55,921 bases of DNA from positions 1 through 55,921 of the forward strand of contig JBGUZD010000128.1 in the NCBI GenBank assembly GCA_045222695.1. The letters run 5' to 3'. The notes under the pieces were generated by a model. It ran no database searches and was not told the DNA's origin. It saw only the letters and a list, made by a program, of their open reading frames with translations. Numbering within the stretch: the stretch's first letter is position 1; each line of letters opens with the position of its first letter. The stretch is from Candidatus Limivicinus sp. (lineage in GTDB: Bacteria > Bacillota > Clostridia > Oscillospirales > Oscillospiraceae). The translations under genes were made by a program, and so were the position numbers. Below are positions 1-7,961 of the stretch, piece after piece.

Positions 1-1208
1 GTGCCCATCGGGACCTCGATAAGGCCGGTGTTGACGACGTTGCCGGTCAGAGCAAAGGCCTTCGTGCCGGGGCTGCCCTCGGTGCCGACGGAGCGGAACC
101 AGGCGGCGCCCTTCTTGATGATGTCGGGGACGTTGGCAAAGGTCTCGACGTTGTTCAGGCAGGTGGGACGGCCGAAGAGGCCCTTGTCGACGCTGCGCGG
201 GGGTTTGGTGCGCGGCATGCCGCGGTTGCCCTCGATCGAGGCGGTCATGGCCGAGCCCTCGCCGCAGACGAAGGCGCCCGCGCCCTTGTTGATGTGCATG
301 TGGAAGCTCTTGCCGCTGCCGAGGATATCGTCGCCGATGATGCCGTACTCCTCGGCCTGGGCGATGGCGATCGACAGACGCGAGACGGCCAGCGGGTACT
401 CCGCGCGCACGTAGATGTAGCCCTCGGTCGAGCCGGTGGCCACGCCCGCGATGATCATGCCCTCAAGGATCTTGTGGGGGTCGCCCTCCATGCAGGAGCG
501 GTCCATGAAGGCGCCGGGGTCGCCCTCGTCGCCGTTGCAGACGATGTACTTGATCGGCTCCTCGGTGTGCGCGGCGACCTGCGCCCATTTCTTGCCGGTG
601 GGGAAGCCCGCGCCGCCGCGGCCGCGCAGACCGGAGTCGGTGACCTCGGCGATGACCTCTTCCCCGCTCATCTCGAACAGGGCCTTGGTCAGAGCCGTGT
701 AGCCGCCGATGGAGAAGTATTCCTCGATGCTCTCGGCGTCGATGTGGCCGCAGTGCTCGAGCACGCGGCGGGTCTGCTTCTTGTAGAAGGGGATGTCCTC
801 CTGGCGCTTGTAGAGCTGGCCGTTCTGGTGATAGCCCAGACGCTCGATGAACTCGCCGCCGAGGAGGGTCTTTTCCACGATCTCTTCCACGTCGCCGGCG
901 TGGACCTTGGTGTAGAGCCATCCCTCCGGCTCGATGCGGACCAGCGGGCCCATCTCGCAGAAGCCGTGGCAGCCGGATTTCTTGATGCCGGTGGCCTCGG
1001 TGCCGCAGCCCTCCGTGAGGGAGAGCTCATAGGCGGCGCCGTGCGCGGCCATCTGCTTTTTCAGCTCCTCGTAGACGGCCAGGTTGCCGCCGGCCGTGCA
1101 GCCGGTGCCGCAGCAGACGAGGACCTTGCGCTTCTCAAGGCTGCGCGCCTTGATATACTTTTCCTGCAGTACGCGGAATTCTTCGAGGTTTTTGATCTTT
1201 TCACGCAT
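1..1208 (-). CDS. NuoF/HydB-like NADH-binding flavoprotein subunit (51 kDa family) of a bifurcating hydrogenase/dehydrogenase complex; 3' end runs off the left window edge
   Basis: Absent from the supplied ORF track because there is no stop codon inside the window. Own reverse translation from the ATG at 1206-1208 gives MREKIKNLEEFRVLQEKYIKARS. It continues through RKVLVCCGTGCTA (thioredoxin-like 2Fe-2S N-domain) and VTDSGLRGRGGAGFPTGKKWAQVA (NADH/FMN site). At the window edge it reads AFALTGNVVNTGLIEVPMG. The start lies 3 nt after the stop of the NuoE-like gene. Confidence 0.85.
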   Translation of the reverse strand, partial: MREKIKNLEEFRVLQEKYIKARSLEKRKVLVCCGTGCTAGGNLAVYEELKKQMAAHGAAYELSLTEGCGTEATGIKKSGCHGFCEMGPLVRIEPEGWLYTKVHAGDVEEIVEKTLLGGEFIERLGYHQNGQLYKRQEDIPFYKKQTRRVLEHCGHIDAESIEEYFSIGGYTALTKALFEMSGEEVIAEVTDSGLRGRGGAGFPTGKKWAQVAAHTEEPIKYIVCNGDEGDPGAFMDRSCMEGDPHKILEGMIIAGVATGSTEGYIYVRAEYPLAVSRLSIAIAQAEEYGIIGDDILGSGKSFHMHINKGAGAFVCGEGSAMTASIEGNRGMPRTKPPRSVDKGLFGRPTCLNNVETFANVPDIIKKGAAWFRSVGTEGSPGTKAFALTGNVVNTGLIEVPMG

Positions 1209-1211
1209 GGT

Positions 1212-1685
1212 TCAGGCCTCCTCTCTGAGCTGCTCGACCAGGGCCCGGGCTTTCTCCGGCGTCATGGCCGCGTGGACCGTGTCGTTGACCATGACCACGG
1301 GGCTCAGGCCGCAGGCGCCCAGACACGAGACGATCTCCAAAGTGAACAGCCCGTCGTCGGAGGTGGGCTTGTGCTCGTTCGTCCCGGTCGCGTCGTAGAG
1401 AGCCTGCAGGATATTGCTGCTCTTGCGTACGTGGCACGCCGTCCCGCGGCATACCTTCATCACGTACTTGCCCTTGGCGTCCAGCGAGAAGTTCCCGTAG
1501 AAGGTCGCCACGCCGTAGAGCTTGGATTCGCTCATCCCGAGCTTTTTGGCGATGTATTCCAGGGCGTCCTGCGGAAGGTAGCGGTACTCCTCCTGCACAT
1601 CCTGCATGATGGCAATGATCTTCGCCTTGTCGCCGCCGTGTTTCTCCAATACGGAATCGATGAATTTGGGATCAACGGTTTCCAA
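1212..1685 (-). CDS. NuoE/HydC-like thioredoxin-fold [2Fe-2S] subunit (24 kDa family)
   Basis: 157-aa ORF with the Cys motifs VCRGTACHV and SCLGACGLSP typical of NuoE/HydC. It sits immediately upstream of the NuoF-like gene on the same strand. Confidence 0.9.
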   Translation of the reverse strand: METVDPKFIDSVLEKHGGDKAKIIAIMQDVQEEYRYLPQDALEYIAKKLGMSESKLYGVATFYGNFSLDAKGKYVMKVCRGTACHVRKSSNILQALYDATGTNEHKPTSDDGLFTLEIVSCLGACGLSPVVMVNDTVHAAMTPEKARALVEQLREEA

Positions 1686-1848
1686 AGTGATCGCATCCTT
1701 TCGTTGAGTAATCGAAGTGAGTGAAAAAAGGCTTTGTTAAATGAATAACACTCCTCTTATATACTAACTGAAATTAGAAATAAAGCAAGCTTTTTTACAC
1801 ATATTTTCTGATTTGTCTAAACTTTCTCCGCTTTGACAAAAAAGCGGC

Positions 1849-1876
1849 TTGACTTTTTGTAACAATCCGATAGAAT
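1849..1876 (+). promoter_or_regulatory. sigmaA-like promoter for the ACT-protein/ABC operon
   Basis: TTGACT (1849-1854), 16-nt spacer, TAGAAT (1871-1876), inside an AT-rich divergent intergenic region. Confidence 0.45.
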
Positions 1877-1995
1877 GAAAGATGCCCGAACCGTGAGCGG
1901 AGCTTGCGGCGAGGTCAAATAACTGTATGATCTGACGCCGAAATCTGGATTGAGGCGGAAGGCCGGGTACAGCGCAGGAGATCTGCGGTCGTTTT

Positions 1996-2024
1996 GCCAT
2001 GCCTTCCGGCATGGTTTCTTTTTT
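1996..2024 (+). terminator. intrinsic terminator inside the 5' leader (candidate attenuator/riboswitch expression platform)
   Basis: Stem GCCATGCC / GGCATGG with loop TTCC, followed by TTTCTTTTTT. It ends 17 nt before the ATG at 2042. The upstream GGAAGGC (about 1945-1955) can pair with the GCCTTCC of the 5' arm plus loop, giving an alternative antiterminator. Confidence 0.5.
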
Positions 2025-2041
2025 CGGCGGAAAGGAGCCGT

Positions 2042-2293
2042 ATGGAAAACCGCATCGCCGCCGTCTCCATCCTGGTGGAAGGCCCGGACTCCGTGGAGAC
2101 GCTCAACGCCATCCTGCACGACTACGCCCCCTACGTCCTCGGCCGTCTCGGCATCCCCTATCGGGAAAAAGGCCTGAGCGTGATCTGCCTTGTGCTGGAC
2201 GCGCCGATGGACGTCATCAACGCCCTGACCGGCAAGCTCGGCCGGCTGCCGGGCGTCAGCGCGAAGGCCGTCACGCCCCGCAGCGCGAAATAA
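2042..2293 (+). CDS. small ACT-like protein, TM1266-type (putative iron-only hydrogenase system regulator family)
   Basis: Begins MENRIAAVSILVEGPDSVETLNAILHDYAPYVLGRLGIPYREKGLSVICLVLDAP and is 83 aa long. An AAGGAG Shine-Dalgarno (SD) sequence lies 5 nt upstream of the ATG at 2042. The ORF-track start at 1994 lies inside the leader terminator. Confidence 0.7.
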   Translation: MENRIAAVSILVEGPDSVETLNAILHDYAPYVLGRLGIPYREKGLSVICLVLDAPMDVINALTGKLGRLPGVSAKAVTPRSAK

Positions 2294-2307
2294 AGGAGGA
2301 AAAAACC

Positions 2308-3390
2308 ATGAACAAACGCTTTGTACTTTCCGTTATCGCCCTGCTTCTGTGCGCATGCCTGCTCGCGGGCTGCGGAAGCACGGCCGCCCCCGCCGCCCCG
2401 GCGCAGGAGGATCCCGCGCCCGCCGCGGAGCCCGCGCCGGAGACCGAAGCCGTCCCCGAGACCGAAGCGGCCCCCGAGACCGAAGCCGCCCCGGAGATCG
2501 ACGCGTCGCTGCCGGTGCGCATTTACACGCTCAACGGCACCACGGGCTTCGGCATGGCCGGGCTCATCGCCGAAGCGGCCGAGGGCAGGGCCGCCCTCAA
2601 TTACAGCTTTTCCGTGGAGAGCGATCCCTCGGTCGTCACCGCCGCGCTGGTGAGCGGGGACTGCGACCTCGCCGCGCTGCCGACCAACGCCGCCTCGGCG
2701 CTCTACAACAAGACCGGCGGCAAGGTGCAGGTCCTCGCGCTCAACACGCGGGGCGTGCTCTATGTCCTGACGGACGGTTCCGTGCCGGTCGAAAGCCTGG
2801 AGGATCTCGCCGGGCAGACCGTCTACGCGCCCGCACAGAATCCCAGCTTCATCCTCGAGGCGCTGTGCAGGGCCAGAGGCGTGGATCTGACGATCGACAA
2901 CAGCTACGCCCAGCCGGCGGAGCTCAACGCCGCCGTCGCGGCGGGAGAGGTGGGCCTCGCCGTCCTTCCCGAGCCGATGGTCACCGTCGCCTGCGCGCAG
3001 AACAAGGCCCTGACGGCCGCGCTCGATCTCAGCGCCGAGTGGGACGCGGTCATGGAGCCGGGCAGCCTGGTGCAGGGCTGCGTCGCGGTGCGCCGTGAAT
3101 TCGCCGAGGCCCACGGCGCGGAGCTCGCCTGCTTCCTCGAGGAGTACGGCCGCTCCGTCGCGCTGCTCGAGGAGGACGCGCAGGCTGCCGCGCAGAAGAT
3201 CGAGCAGGCCGGGATCTTCGCCAACGCGGCCGTCGCCGCCAAGGCGATCCCGCGCTGCAATATCTGCTTCGTCACCGGAGAGGACATGCAGCGCCAGCTC
3301 TCGGTCTTCCTGCAGACCATGTTCGAGACCGCGCCGCAGTCGATCGGCGGCAGCGTCCCCGGAGACGATTTCTATTATATCGCACCATGA
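2308..3390 (+). CDS. ABC transporter substrate-binding lipoprotein, NMT1/THI5-like (nitrate/sulfonate/bicarbonate family)
   Basis: Signal peptide plus lipobox, MNKRFVLSVIALLLCACLLAGCGS, then a Pro/Glu/Thr linker and a periplasmic-binding fold. The true start is the ATG at 2308 after an AGGAGG SD; the ORF-track start at 1999 is an upstream extension. Confidence 0.85.
   Translation: MNKRFVLSVIALLLCACLLAGCGSTAAPAAPAQEDPAPAAEPAPETEAVPETEAAPETEAAPEIDASLPVRIYTLNGTTGFGMAGLIAEAAEGRAALNYSFSVESDPSVVTAALVSGDCDLAALPTNAASALYNKTGGKVQVLALNTRGVLYVLTDGSVPVESLEDLAGQTVYAPAQNPSFILEALCRARGVDLTIDNSYAQPAELNAAVAAGEVGLAVLPEPMVTVACAQNKALTAALDLSAEWDAVMEPGSLVQGCVAVRREFAEAHGAELACFLEEYGRSVALLEEDAQAAAQKIEQAGIFANAAVAAKAIPRCNICFVTGEDMQRQLSVFLQTMFETAPQSIGGSVPGDDFYYIAP
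2440..2493 (+). repeat. 3 x 18-nt tandem repeat encoding the (PETEAxP) linker of the binding protein
   Basis: The three units are gagaccgaagccgtcccc, gagaccgaagcggccccc and gagaccgaagccgccccg. They are in frame within the CDS. Confidence 0.85.
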
Positions 3391-4148
3391 GTGCGAAGCT
3401 GCGCAAAACGCTGCGGACGCTCGCCGTCGTGCTGTTCTGGCTGCTGGTCTGGCAGCTCGCGGCCGCGCTGGCGGGGCAGGAGCTGCTCCTGCCCTCGCCG
3501 CTGCGTGTCGCGCGCAAGCTCGCGCAGCTCGCCTGCGGCGTCGAGTTCTGGCTGACGCTCGCGCGGAGCATCCTGCGGGTGCTGGCGGGGATCCTCTCGG
3601 CGGTGCTGCTCGGGATCCTGCTGGCCCTGCTGACGCACAAAAGCGCGCTCCTGCGCGCCCTGCTCAGCCCGGTGATGACGCTGGTCAAGAGCACGCCCGT
3701 GGCCTCCTTCATCATCCTGGCGCTGGTCTGGCTGGGGCGCGACGTCGTGCCGCTGTTCATCGCGGCGCTGATGGTCCTGCCCGTCGTGTGGGCCAATGTC
3801 TCGGCCGGCCTGGAGGGGATCGATCCGCAGCTTCTGGAGCTGGCGCGGGTATACCGTCTGCCGCGCAGACGCGTCTTCCGCCGGATCACGCTGCCCTCGG
3901 TGCTGCCGCACCTGCGCGCGGCGCTGTGCTCCGCGCTGGGCCTGGGCTGGAAGGCCGGGATCGCCGCGGAGGTGCTGACCGTGCCCGTGCGCTCGATCGG
4001 CAAGCGGATCTACGAGGCCAAGATCTATCTTGAGACCACCGAGCTCTTCGCCTGGACCGCCGCCGTCGTGCTGCTGAGCCTGGCGATCGAAGGGCTGCTC
4101 CTGCGCCTGGTGAGACGGCTGGGGAAAGGGGGCGGCGCCCGTGCTTGA
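3387..4148 (+). CDS. ABC transporter permease (SsuC/TauC-type)
   Basis: Polytopic 253-aa ORF that overlaps the binding-protein stop by 4 nt (ATGA). It contains a region resembling the EAA loop, ELARVYRLPRRRVFRRITLP. Confidence 0.9.
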   Translation: MSAKLRKTLRTLAVVLFWLLVWQLAAALAGQELLLPSPLRVARKLAQLACGVEFWLTLARSILRVLAGILSAVLLGILLALLTHKSALLRALLSPVMTLVKSTPVASFIILALVWLGRDVVPLFIAALMVLPVVWANVSAGLEGIDPQLLELARVYRLPRRRVFRRITLPSVLPHLRAALCSALGLGWKAGIAAEVLTVPVRSIGKRIYEAKIYLETTELFAWTAAVVLLSLAIEGLLLRLVRRLGKGGGARA

Positions 4149-4728
4149 GTTGAAAGACGTATCCCTTCGGCTGGGGGACAAACAGGTGCTGCGCGGCTAC
4201 GATCTTTCCCTCGCCGACGGCGAGCGGATCGCGCTCATGGGCCCCTCGGGCTGCGGCAAGACGACGCTGCTGCGCGTGGCGCTGTCGCTGCAGAAGCCGG
4301 ACGCGGGCGAGGTGAGCTGCAGCTGGAACAGGATCGGCGCCGTCTTTCAGGAGCCGCGTCTGCTCGGCTGGTGCACGGCGGAGGAAAACGTCAACCTCGT
4401 TCTCTCCGACGGGCCCGAAACGGCCGCGGAGGCCGCGCTCTGGCTGGACAGGCTCGAGCTGGGCGAGGCGCGGGAGCTGTACCCCGCCGAGCTCTCCGGC
4501 GGCATGCAGCAGCGCCTTTCGATCGCGCGCGCGCTCGCCGTGCGCCCGGAGCTGCTCGTTCTGGACGAGCCCTTCAAGGCCATGGACGAGGCGCTCGCCG
4601 CTCGCGTCAGACAGACGGTGGCGCAGGCCCTTTCCGACAGCGCGCTCCTGCTCGTCACGCACAGCGAGGAGGAGGCGCGCGCCTTCGGCTGCCGGATCCT
4701 CCGTTACGAGGACGGCCGCTTCGTCTGA
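4141..4728 (+). CDS. ABC transporter ATP-binding protein (compact, 195 aa)
   Basis: Walker A GPSGCGKTT, signature LSGGMQQR, Walker B LLVLDEP and H-loop VTHS. It has a GTG start that overlaps the permease end. Confidence 0.9.
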   Translation: MLELKDVSLRLGDKQVLRGYDLSLADGERIALMGPSGCGKTTLLRVALSLQKPDAGEVSCSWNRIGAVFQEPRLLGWCTAEENVNLVLSDGPETAAEAALWLDRLELGEARELYPAELSGGMQQRLSIARALAVRPELLVLDEPFKAMDEALAARVRQTVAQALSDSALLLVTHSEEEARAFGCRILRYEDGRFV

Positions 4729-4746
4729 GATCCCGCGCCGCAAATC

Positions 4747-4795
4747 AAAAAGAGCTCTGAAAGCCAAAGCTTTTCGGAGCTCTTTTCATTTTCTT
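4747..4795 (+). terminator. rho-independent terminator of the ABC operon
   Basis: Imperfect stem AGAGCTCTGAAAGC / GCTTTTCGGAGCTCT followed by TTTCATTTTCTT. Confidence 0.7.
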
Positions 4796-4817
4796 CGCCC
4801 GCGGGGCGCGCGAAGCG

Positions 4818-4847
4818 TTGACGAAAACGGGCGGCGCGGCTTATAAT
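4818..4847 (+). promoter_or_regulatory. sigmaA-like promoter
   Basis: TTGACG (4818-4823), 18-nt spacer, TATAAT (4842-4847). Confidence 0.5.
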
Positions 4848-4872
4848 GTGCAAAAAACGGAGGCCTCCGCCC

Positions 4873-5178
4873 ATGAAGAAAAAGCTCATAAAAGCGGTCT
4901 GCATTTTGCTTGCGGTCCTGCTGATCGCGCTGCTCGTTATGCACGCCGCGTTCCGCAGGATCACGGTGACGTCCGGCAGACAGTTCGTCGACACCTGCCC
5001 GCGCCTGGCGCGGCCGGGACAGGAGGTCACGGTCACGACCGCCGTCGTGTCCGACGGCGAGATCTATGTCAACGGCGTGGACGGGAGATACGTGCGCCCC
5101 GGCGTCTTTGTCTTCACCATGCCGGAGGAGGACGTTGATCTCAGGGTGACTGTCATCGCCTTCCCGGACGGCGCCTGA
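4873..5178 (+). CDS. hypothetical membrane-anchored protein
   Basis: MKKKLIKAVCILLAVLLIALLV forms an N-terminal TM helix, followed by a beta-rich domain. A GGAGG SD lies 8 nt upstream of the ATG at 4873. Confidence 0.55.
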   Translation: MKKKLIKAVCILLAVLLIALLVMHAAFRRITVTSGRQFVDTCPRLARPGQEVTVTTAVVSDGEIYVNGVDGRYVRPGVFVFTMPEEDVDLRVTVIAFPDGA

Positions 5179-5210
5179 ACGCGGGAACATCGAGAGAAAA
5201 GGAGATCGAC

Positions 5211-6461
5211 ATGACGATAGACGAGAGGATTCAGAAAACGAACGTGAAGTCGCCGCCCGGCGGGCTTTACTGGCTGCTCATGCAGGTGACCAAGGTCCTC
5301 AACCGCCTGAGCAACACGCATTTTACATACCGCGCGCGGCCCGCGGAGGAAAAGGGCTCGATCGTGATGATCGCCAACCACGCCTCCCGCGTGGACTATC
5401 AGTTCACCGCGCCGGTCTGCTGGCCGAAGAAGCTCAATTACGTCGTGGGCTACAACGAATTCTTCCGCTTTCCCACCAGCCTGCTCCTGCCGGCGATGCA
5501 GGTGATCCCCAAAAAGAACTTTACGCCCGACGCGCACGCGCTGAGGCAGATCCTGCGCGTGATCGCCGCGGGCGGCAATATCTGCCTCATGCCCGAGGGG
5601 ATGAGCTCCATCACCGGCATGGCGCAGCCCGTCATCCCCGGCGGCGCGAAGCTGCTCAAAAAGCTGGGCGTGCCCGTGTACTATTCCAAGATCTCCGGCG
5701 CCTATCTGACCTATACCAAGCACTGCCTCGATCAGCGGAAGGGCCGCATCGAGGTGGTCGTGGACCGGATGTTCACTTCCGAGCAGCTGCGCGAGCTCTC
5801 CGTCGAGGAGATCGAGGACACGATGAACCGCCTGCTCGCCCACGACGACTACATGTGGAACCGGAAAGCGCATGTGCGCTTCGACGGCAAAGGCCAGATG
5901 GCGAAGAAGCTCGACACCCTGCTGTATCTGTGCCCGAAATGCGGCGCGCTCTACGAGATGGAATGCGAGGGCAACACGATGCGCTGCCGCCGCTGCGGCA
6001 ACACCGTGGAGATCGACGAGTATTATGACCTTCACCCCGCCGAGGGCAGCGTCTGCCCCGAGCTGGTGACGGACTGGACCATCATGGAGCGTCGGCGGGC
6101 CGCCGAAGAGGTACGCAGACCGGACTTCTGTCACGAGGGCCGCGTGAGCGTCGGCGTGCTGCCGGAGCACAAGGTCCTGACCGGAGACGCGACCTCTCTG
6201 ATCCGCGGCGAGGGCACGCTGCGCCTCGACTCCGGCGGCCTGCACTTTGACGGGACGCTCGAGGACAAGCCCTTCCGCTTTACGATCGCCAGCGCCCAGC
6301 TGCCCACCTACGGGATGTGTACGGACATCAGCCGCTTCTACACCTTCGTGGACGGCCGCTTCGTGGAGTTCTACCCCGAAAAGGGCGACGTGCTGCTCTG
6401 GGATCACCTGACGGAGGAGCTGCACCGCTTCCGGGGCGGCAAGTGGCAGGACACGCCCTAG
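5211..6461 (+). CDS. PlsC-family acyltransferase with C-terminal zinc-ribbon-containing domain
   Basis: HX4D motif NHASRVD and a PEG motif (MPEGMSS). Also CPKCGALYEMECEGNTMRCRRCGN, a 4-Cys ribbon. Confidence 0.8.
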   Translation: MTIDERIQKTNVKSPPGGLYWLLMQVTKVLNRLSNTHFTYRARPAEEKGSIVMIANHASRVDYQFTAPVCWPKKLNYVVGYNEFFRFPTSLLLPAMQVIPKKNFTPDAHALRQILRVIAAGGNICLMPEGMSSITGMAQPVIPGGAKLLKKLGVPVYYSKISGAYLTYTKHCLDQRKGRIEVVVDRMFTSEQLRELSVEEIEDTMNRLLAHDDYMWNRKAHVRFDGKGQMAKKLDTLLYLCPKCGALYEMECEGNTMRCRRCGNTVEIDEYYDLHPAEGSVCPELVTDWTIMERRRAAEEVRRPDFCHEGRVSVGVLPEHKVLTGDATSLIRGEGTLRLDSGGLHFDGTLEDKPFRFTIASAQLPTYGMCTDISRFYTFVDGRFVEFYPEKGDVLLWDHLTEELHRFRGGKWQDTP

Positions 6462-6556
6462 CGCCACCGCGAGGACTGAGGCCTCTTTCACTGCATGAAT
6501 AACCGGGAGCATGCGAATAAAACGGAAATAATTAGAAAAAAACCCCTCGAAAACGA

Positions 6557-6585
6557 TTGACTATTGGCTTTTGAGGGGGTACAAT
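6557..6585 (+). promoter_or_regulatory. sigmaA-like promoter for the amidohydrolase operon
   Basis: TTGACT (6557-6562), 17-nt spacer, TACAAT (6580-6585). This places the transcription start after the ORF-track start at 6571. Confidence 0.55.
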
Positions 6586-6621
6586 GTGCATAATTATTCT
6601 TTCCAATATCGGAGCGACGGA

Positions 6622-7932
6622 ATGAGATCCAAAGAAGAACTGAAGAAACTGGCCTGCGCGGCGATCGACGCGCGCAGAGACGATATCCTCGCCTTCGCCG
6701 ATTCCGTGGCCGCAGAGCCCGAGCTCGGCTTCAAGGAATACAAGACGGCGGAGAAGTTCGCCTCCCTGCTCAGGGGCCTCGGCCGTGAGCCGAGGACGGG
6801 CGTGGCCAACACCGGCGTCATCGACGTGTTCAAGGGCGCGAAGTCCGAGCTCCGCGTCGCCGTGATGGGCGAGCTGGACGCGATCCTCGTGGCGGATCAT
6901 CCGGACGCGGATCCCATGACCGGCGCGGTCCACGCCTGCGGGCACAACGCGCAGCTCTCGGCCGTCGCGGCGATCGCCTGCGCGCTGCACGACACGGGCC
7001 TGATGGACGAGCTCGACGGCGACGTCGTGCTCATGGGCGTCCCCGCCGAAGAGAACGTGGAGATCACCTACCGCAACAAGCTGCGGGAGGAGGGCAAGCT
7101 CTGGTTCCTCAGCGGCAAGCAGGAGTTCATCCGCCTCGGCGAGTTCGACGATATCGACATCAGCGTCATGCAGCACAGCGCGGTGGCGGCCCCCGGCTTC
7201 AGGGCCGGAGCTTCTTCCGTCTGCAACGGCTTCACCGTCAAGCTCATCAACTACAAGGGCAAGGCGGCGCACGCCGGCGCCGCTCCCTTCGAGGGCGTCA
7301 ACGCGCTCAACGCGGCGATGCTCGGCCTGATGGCGGTGCATGCCCAGCGCGAGACCTTCCGGGACGAGGATCACATCCGCGTCCATCCCATCATCACCAA
7401 GGGCGGCGACATCGTCAACATCGTGCCGGCGGACGTCAGGCTGGAGAGCTATGTGCGCGGCAGCAACACCGCGGCCATCCTCGAGGCCTCCGAAAAGGTC
7501 AACCGGGCCTTCCGCTCCGGGGCCGATGCGGTCGGCGCGGAGTGCGAGATCATCGAACTGCCCGGCTATCTGCCCGTCATCCAGTGCGAGGAGCTCAACG
7601 CCCTGATGTACCGCGAGCTCCAAAGCCTTGTCGGAGACGGCGTGCTGAACGACTGCCCGGGCTTCGGCGGCGGCTCGACGGATCTGGGCGACGTTTCGCA
7701 TCTGATGCCGGCCATCCAGTCCTTCTTCGCCGGCGTCGAGGGCGGACTGCATACAAAGGACTTCTGTCTCAAGGACAAGGATCTGGCGATCCTCACCGCG
7801 GCCAAGGCGATGCTCTGCCTCGTCATCGAGCTGCTTTACGACGGCGCGGAAGTCGGCAAAAAGATCAAAAAGGGATTCAAACCGGTCCTCACCAAGGAGC
7901 AATACCTCCGCGAGTGGGGAAGGTTGGAATAA
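6622..7932 (+). CDS. M20-family amidohydrolase/peptidase (M20D-like)
   Basis: MRSKEELKKLACAAIDARRDDILAFADSVAAEPELGFKEY, then GAVHACGHNAQ as the metal-binding region. The start at 6622 was chosen because the promoter lies at 6557-6585. Confidence 0.85.
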   Translation: MRSKEELKKLACAAIDARRDDILAFADSVAAEPELGFKEYKTAEKFASLLRGLGREPRTGVANTGVIDVFKGAKSELRVAVMGELDAILVADHPDADPMTGAVHACGHNAQLSAVAAIACALHDTGLMDELDGDVVLMGVPAEENVEITYRNKLREEGKLWFLSGKQEFIRLGEFDDIDISVMQHSAVAAPGFRAGASSVCNGFTVKLINYKGKAAHAGAAPFEGVNALNAAMLGLMAVHAQRETFRDEDHIRVHPIITKGGDIVNIVPADVRLESYVRGSNTAAILEASEKVNRAFRSGADAVGAECEIIELPGYLPVIQCEELNALMYRELQSLVGDGVLNDCPGFGGGSTDLGDVSHLMPAIQSFFAGVEGGLHTKDFCLKDKDLAILTAAKAMLCLVIELLYDGAEVGKKIKKGFKPVLTKEQYLREWGRLE

Positions 7933-7961
7933 AAACGGTTTTGAGAGAAAGGTAGGTAACA

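Noticed and set aside
1-414. The GTG-initiated plus-strand ORF at the left window edge
   Set aside because: It is antisense to the well-supported NuoF-like coding frame, and its product is a Pro/Arg/Ala-rich sequence without motifs.
294-1724. Long ORFs antisense to recognisable genes. Examples: 294-1724 +, 5064-6512 -, 6532-7962 -, 9385-10737 -, 16109-18049 +, 18095-20248 +, 21014-22519 -, 24101-25747 +, 26238-27593 +, 28378-30093 -, 30429-32909 -, 34124-36598 +, 40793-42505 +, 42737-44242 -, 44252-46501 -, 46495-47787 -, 48995-50404 -, 50211-51878 +, 51968-53437 -, 53055-54488 -.
   Set aside because: Their translations are Arg/Ala/Gly/Asp/His-rich low-complexity strings with no motifs. Each lies opposite a gene with clear family signatures. 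Such stop-free shadow frames are expected in DNA above 60 % GC.
1877-2041. Assigning the leader upstream of the ACT/ABC operon to the TPP riboswitch (because of the NMT1/THI5-like binding protein) or to the guanidine-I (ykkC) riboswitch
   Set aside because: The conserved cores are absent: CUGAGA and ACCUGAUCUGGAUAAUGCCAGCG for TPP, and CUAGGGUUCCG and ACGGGCGGGACAAAAGCCCGGGAGA for ykkC. Only fragments such as ATCTGGAT are present. The leader is kept as an unclassified attenuator candidate.
1999-2307. N-terminal extensions in the ORF track. Affected ORFs: 1999-3390, 1994-2293, 4846-5178, 6571-7932, 12507-13547, 19088-20242, 33108-34187, 37372-38115, 42728-45217, 48911-50392, 54677-55492.
   Set aside because: The internal starts are preceded by AGGAGG-type SD sequences at 5-9 nt. 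They give canonical N-termini such as signal peptides, MLNILVCVKQVPD and MYNILICDDE. The extensions overlap terminators, promoters or upstream genes.
2440-2493. Tandem 12- and 18-nt repeats (also at 42902-42955) as a CRISPR or VNTR locus
   Set aside because: The units are contiguous with no spacers. They are in frame and lie inside CDSs, where they encode Pro/Thr/Glu linkers.
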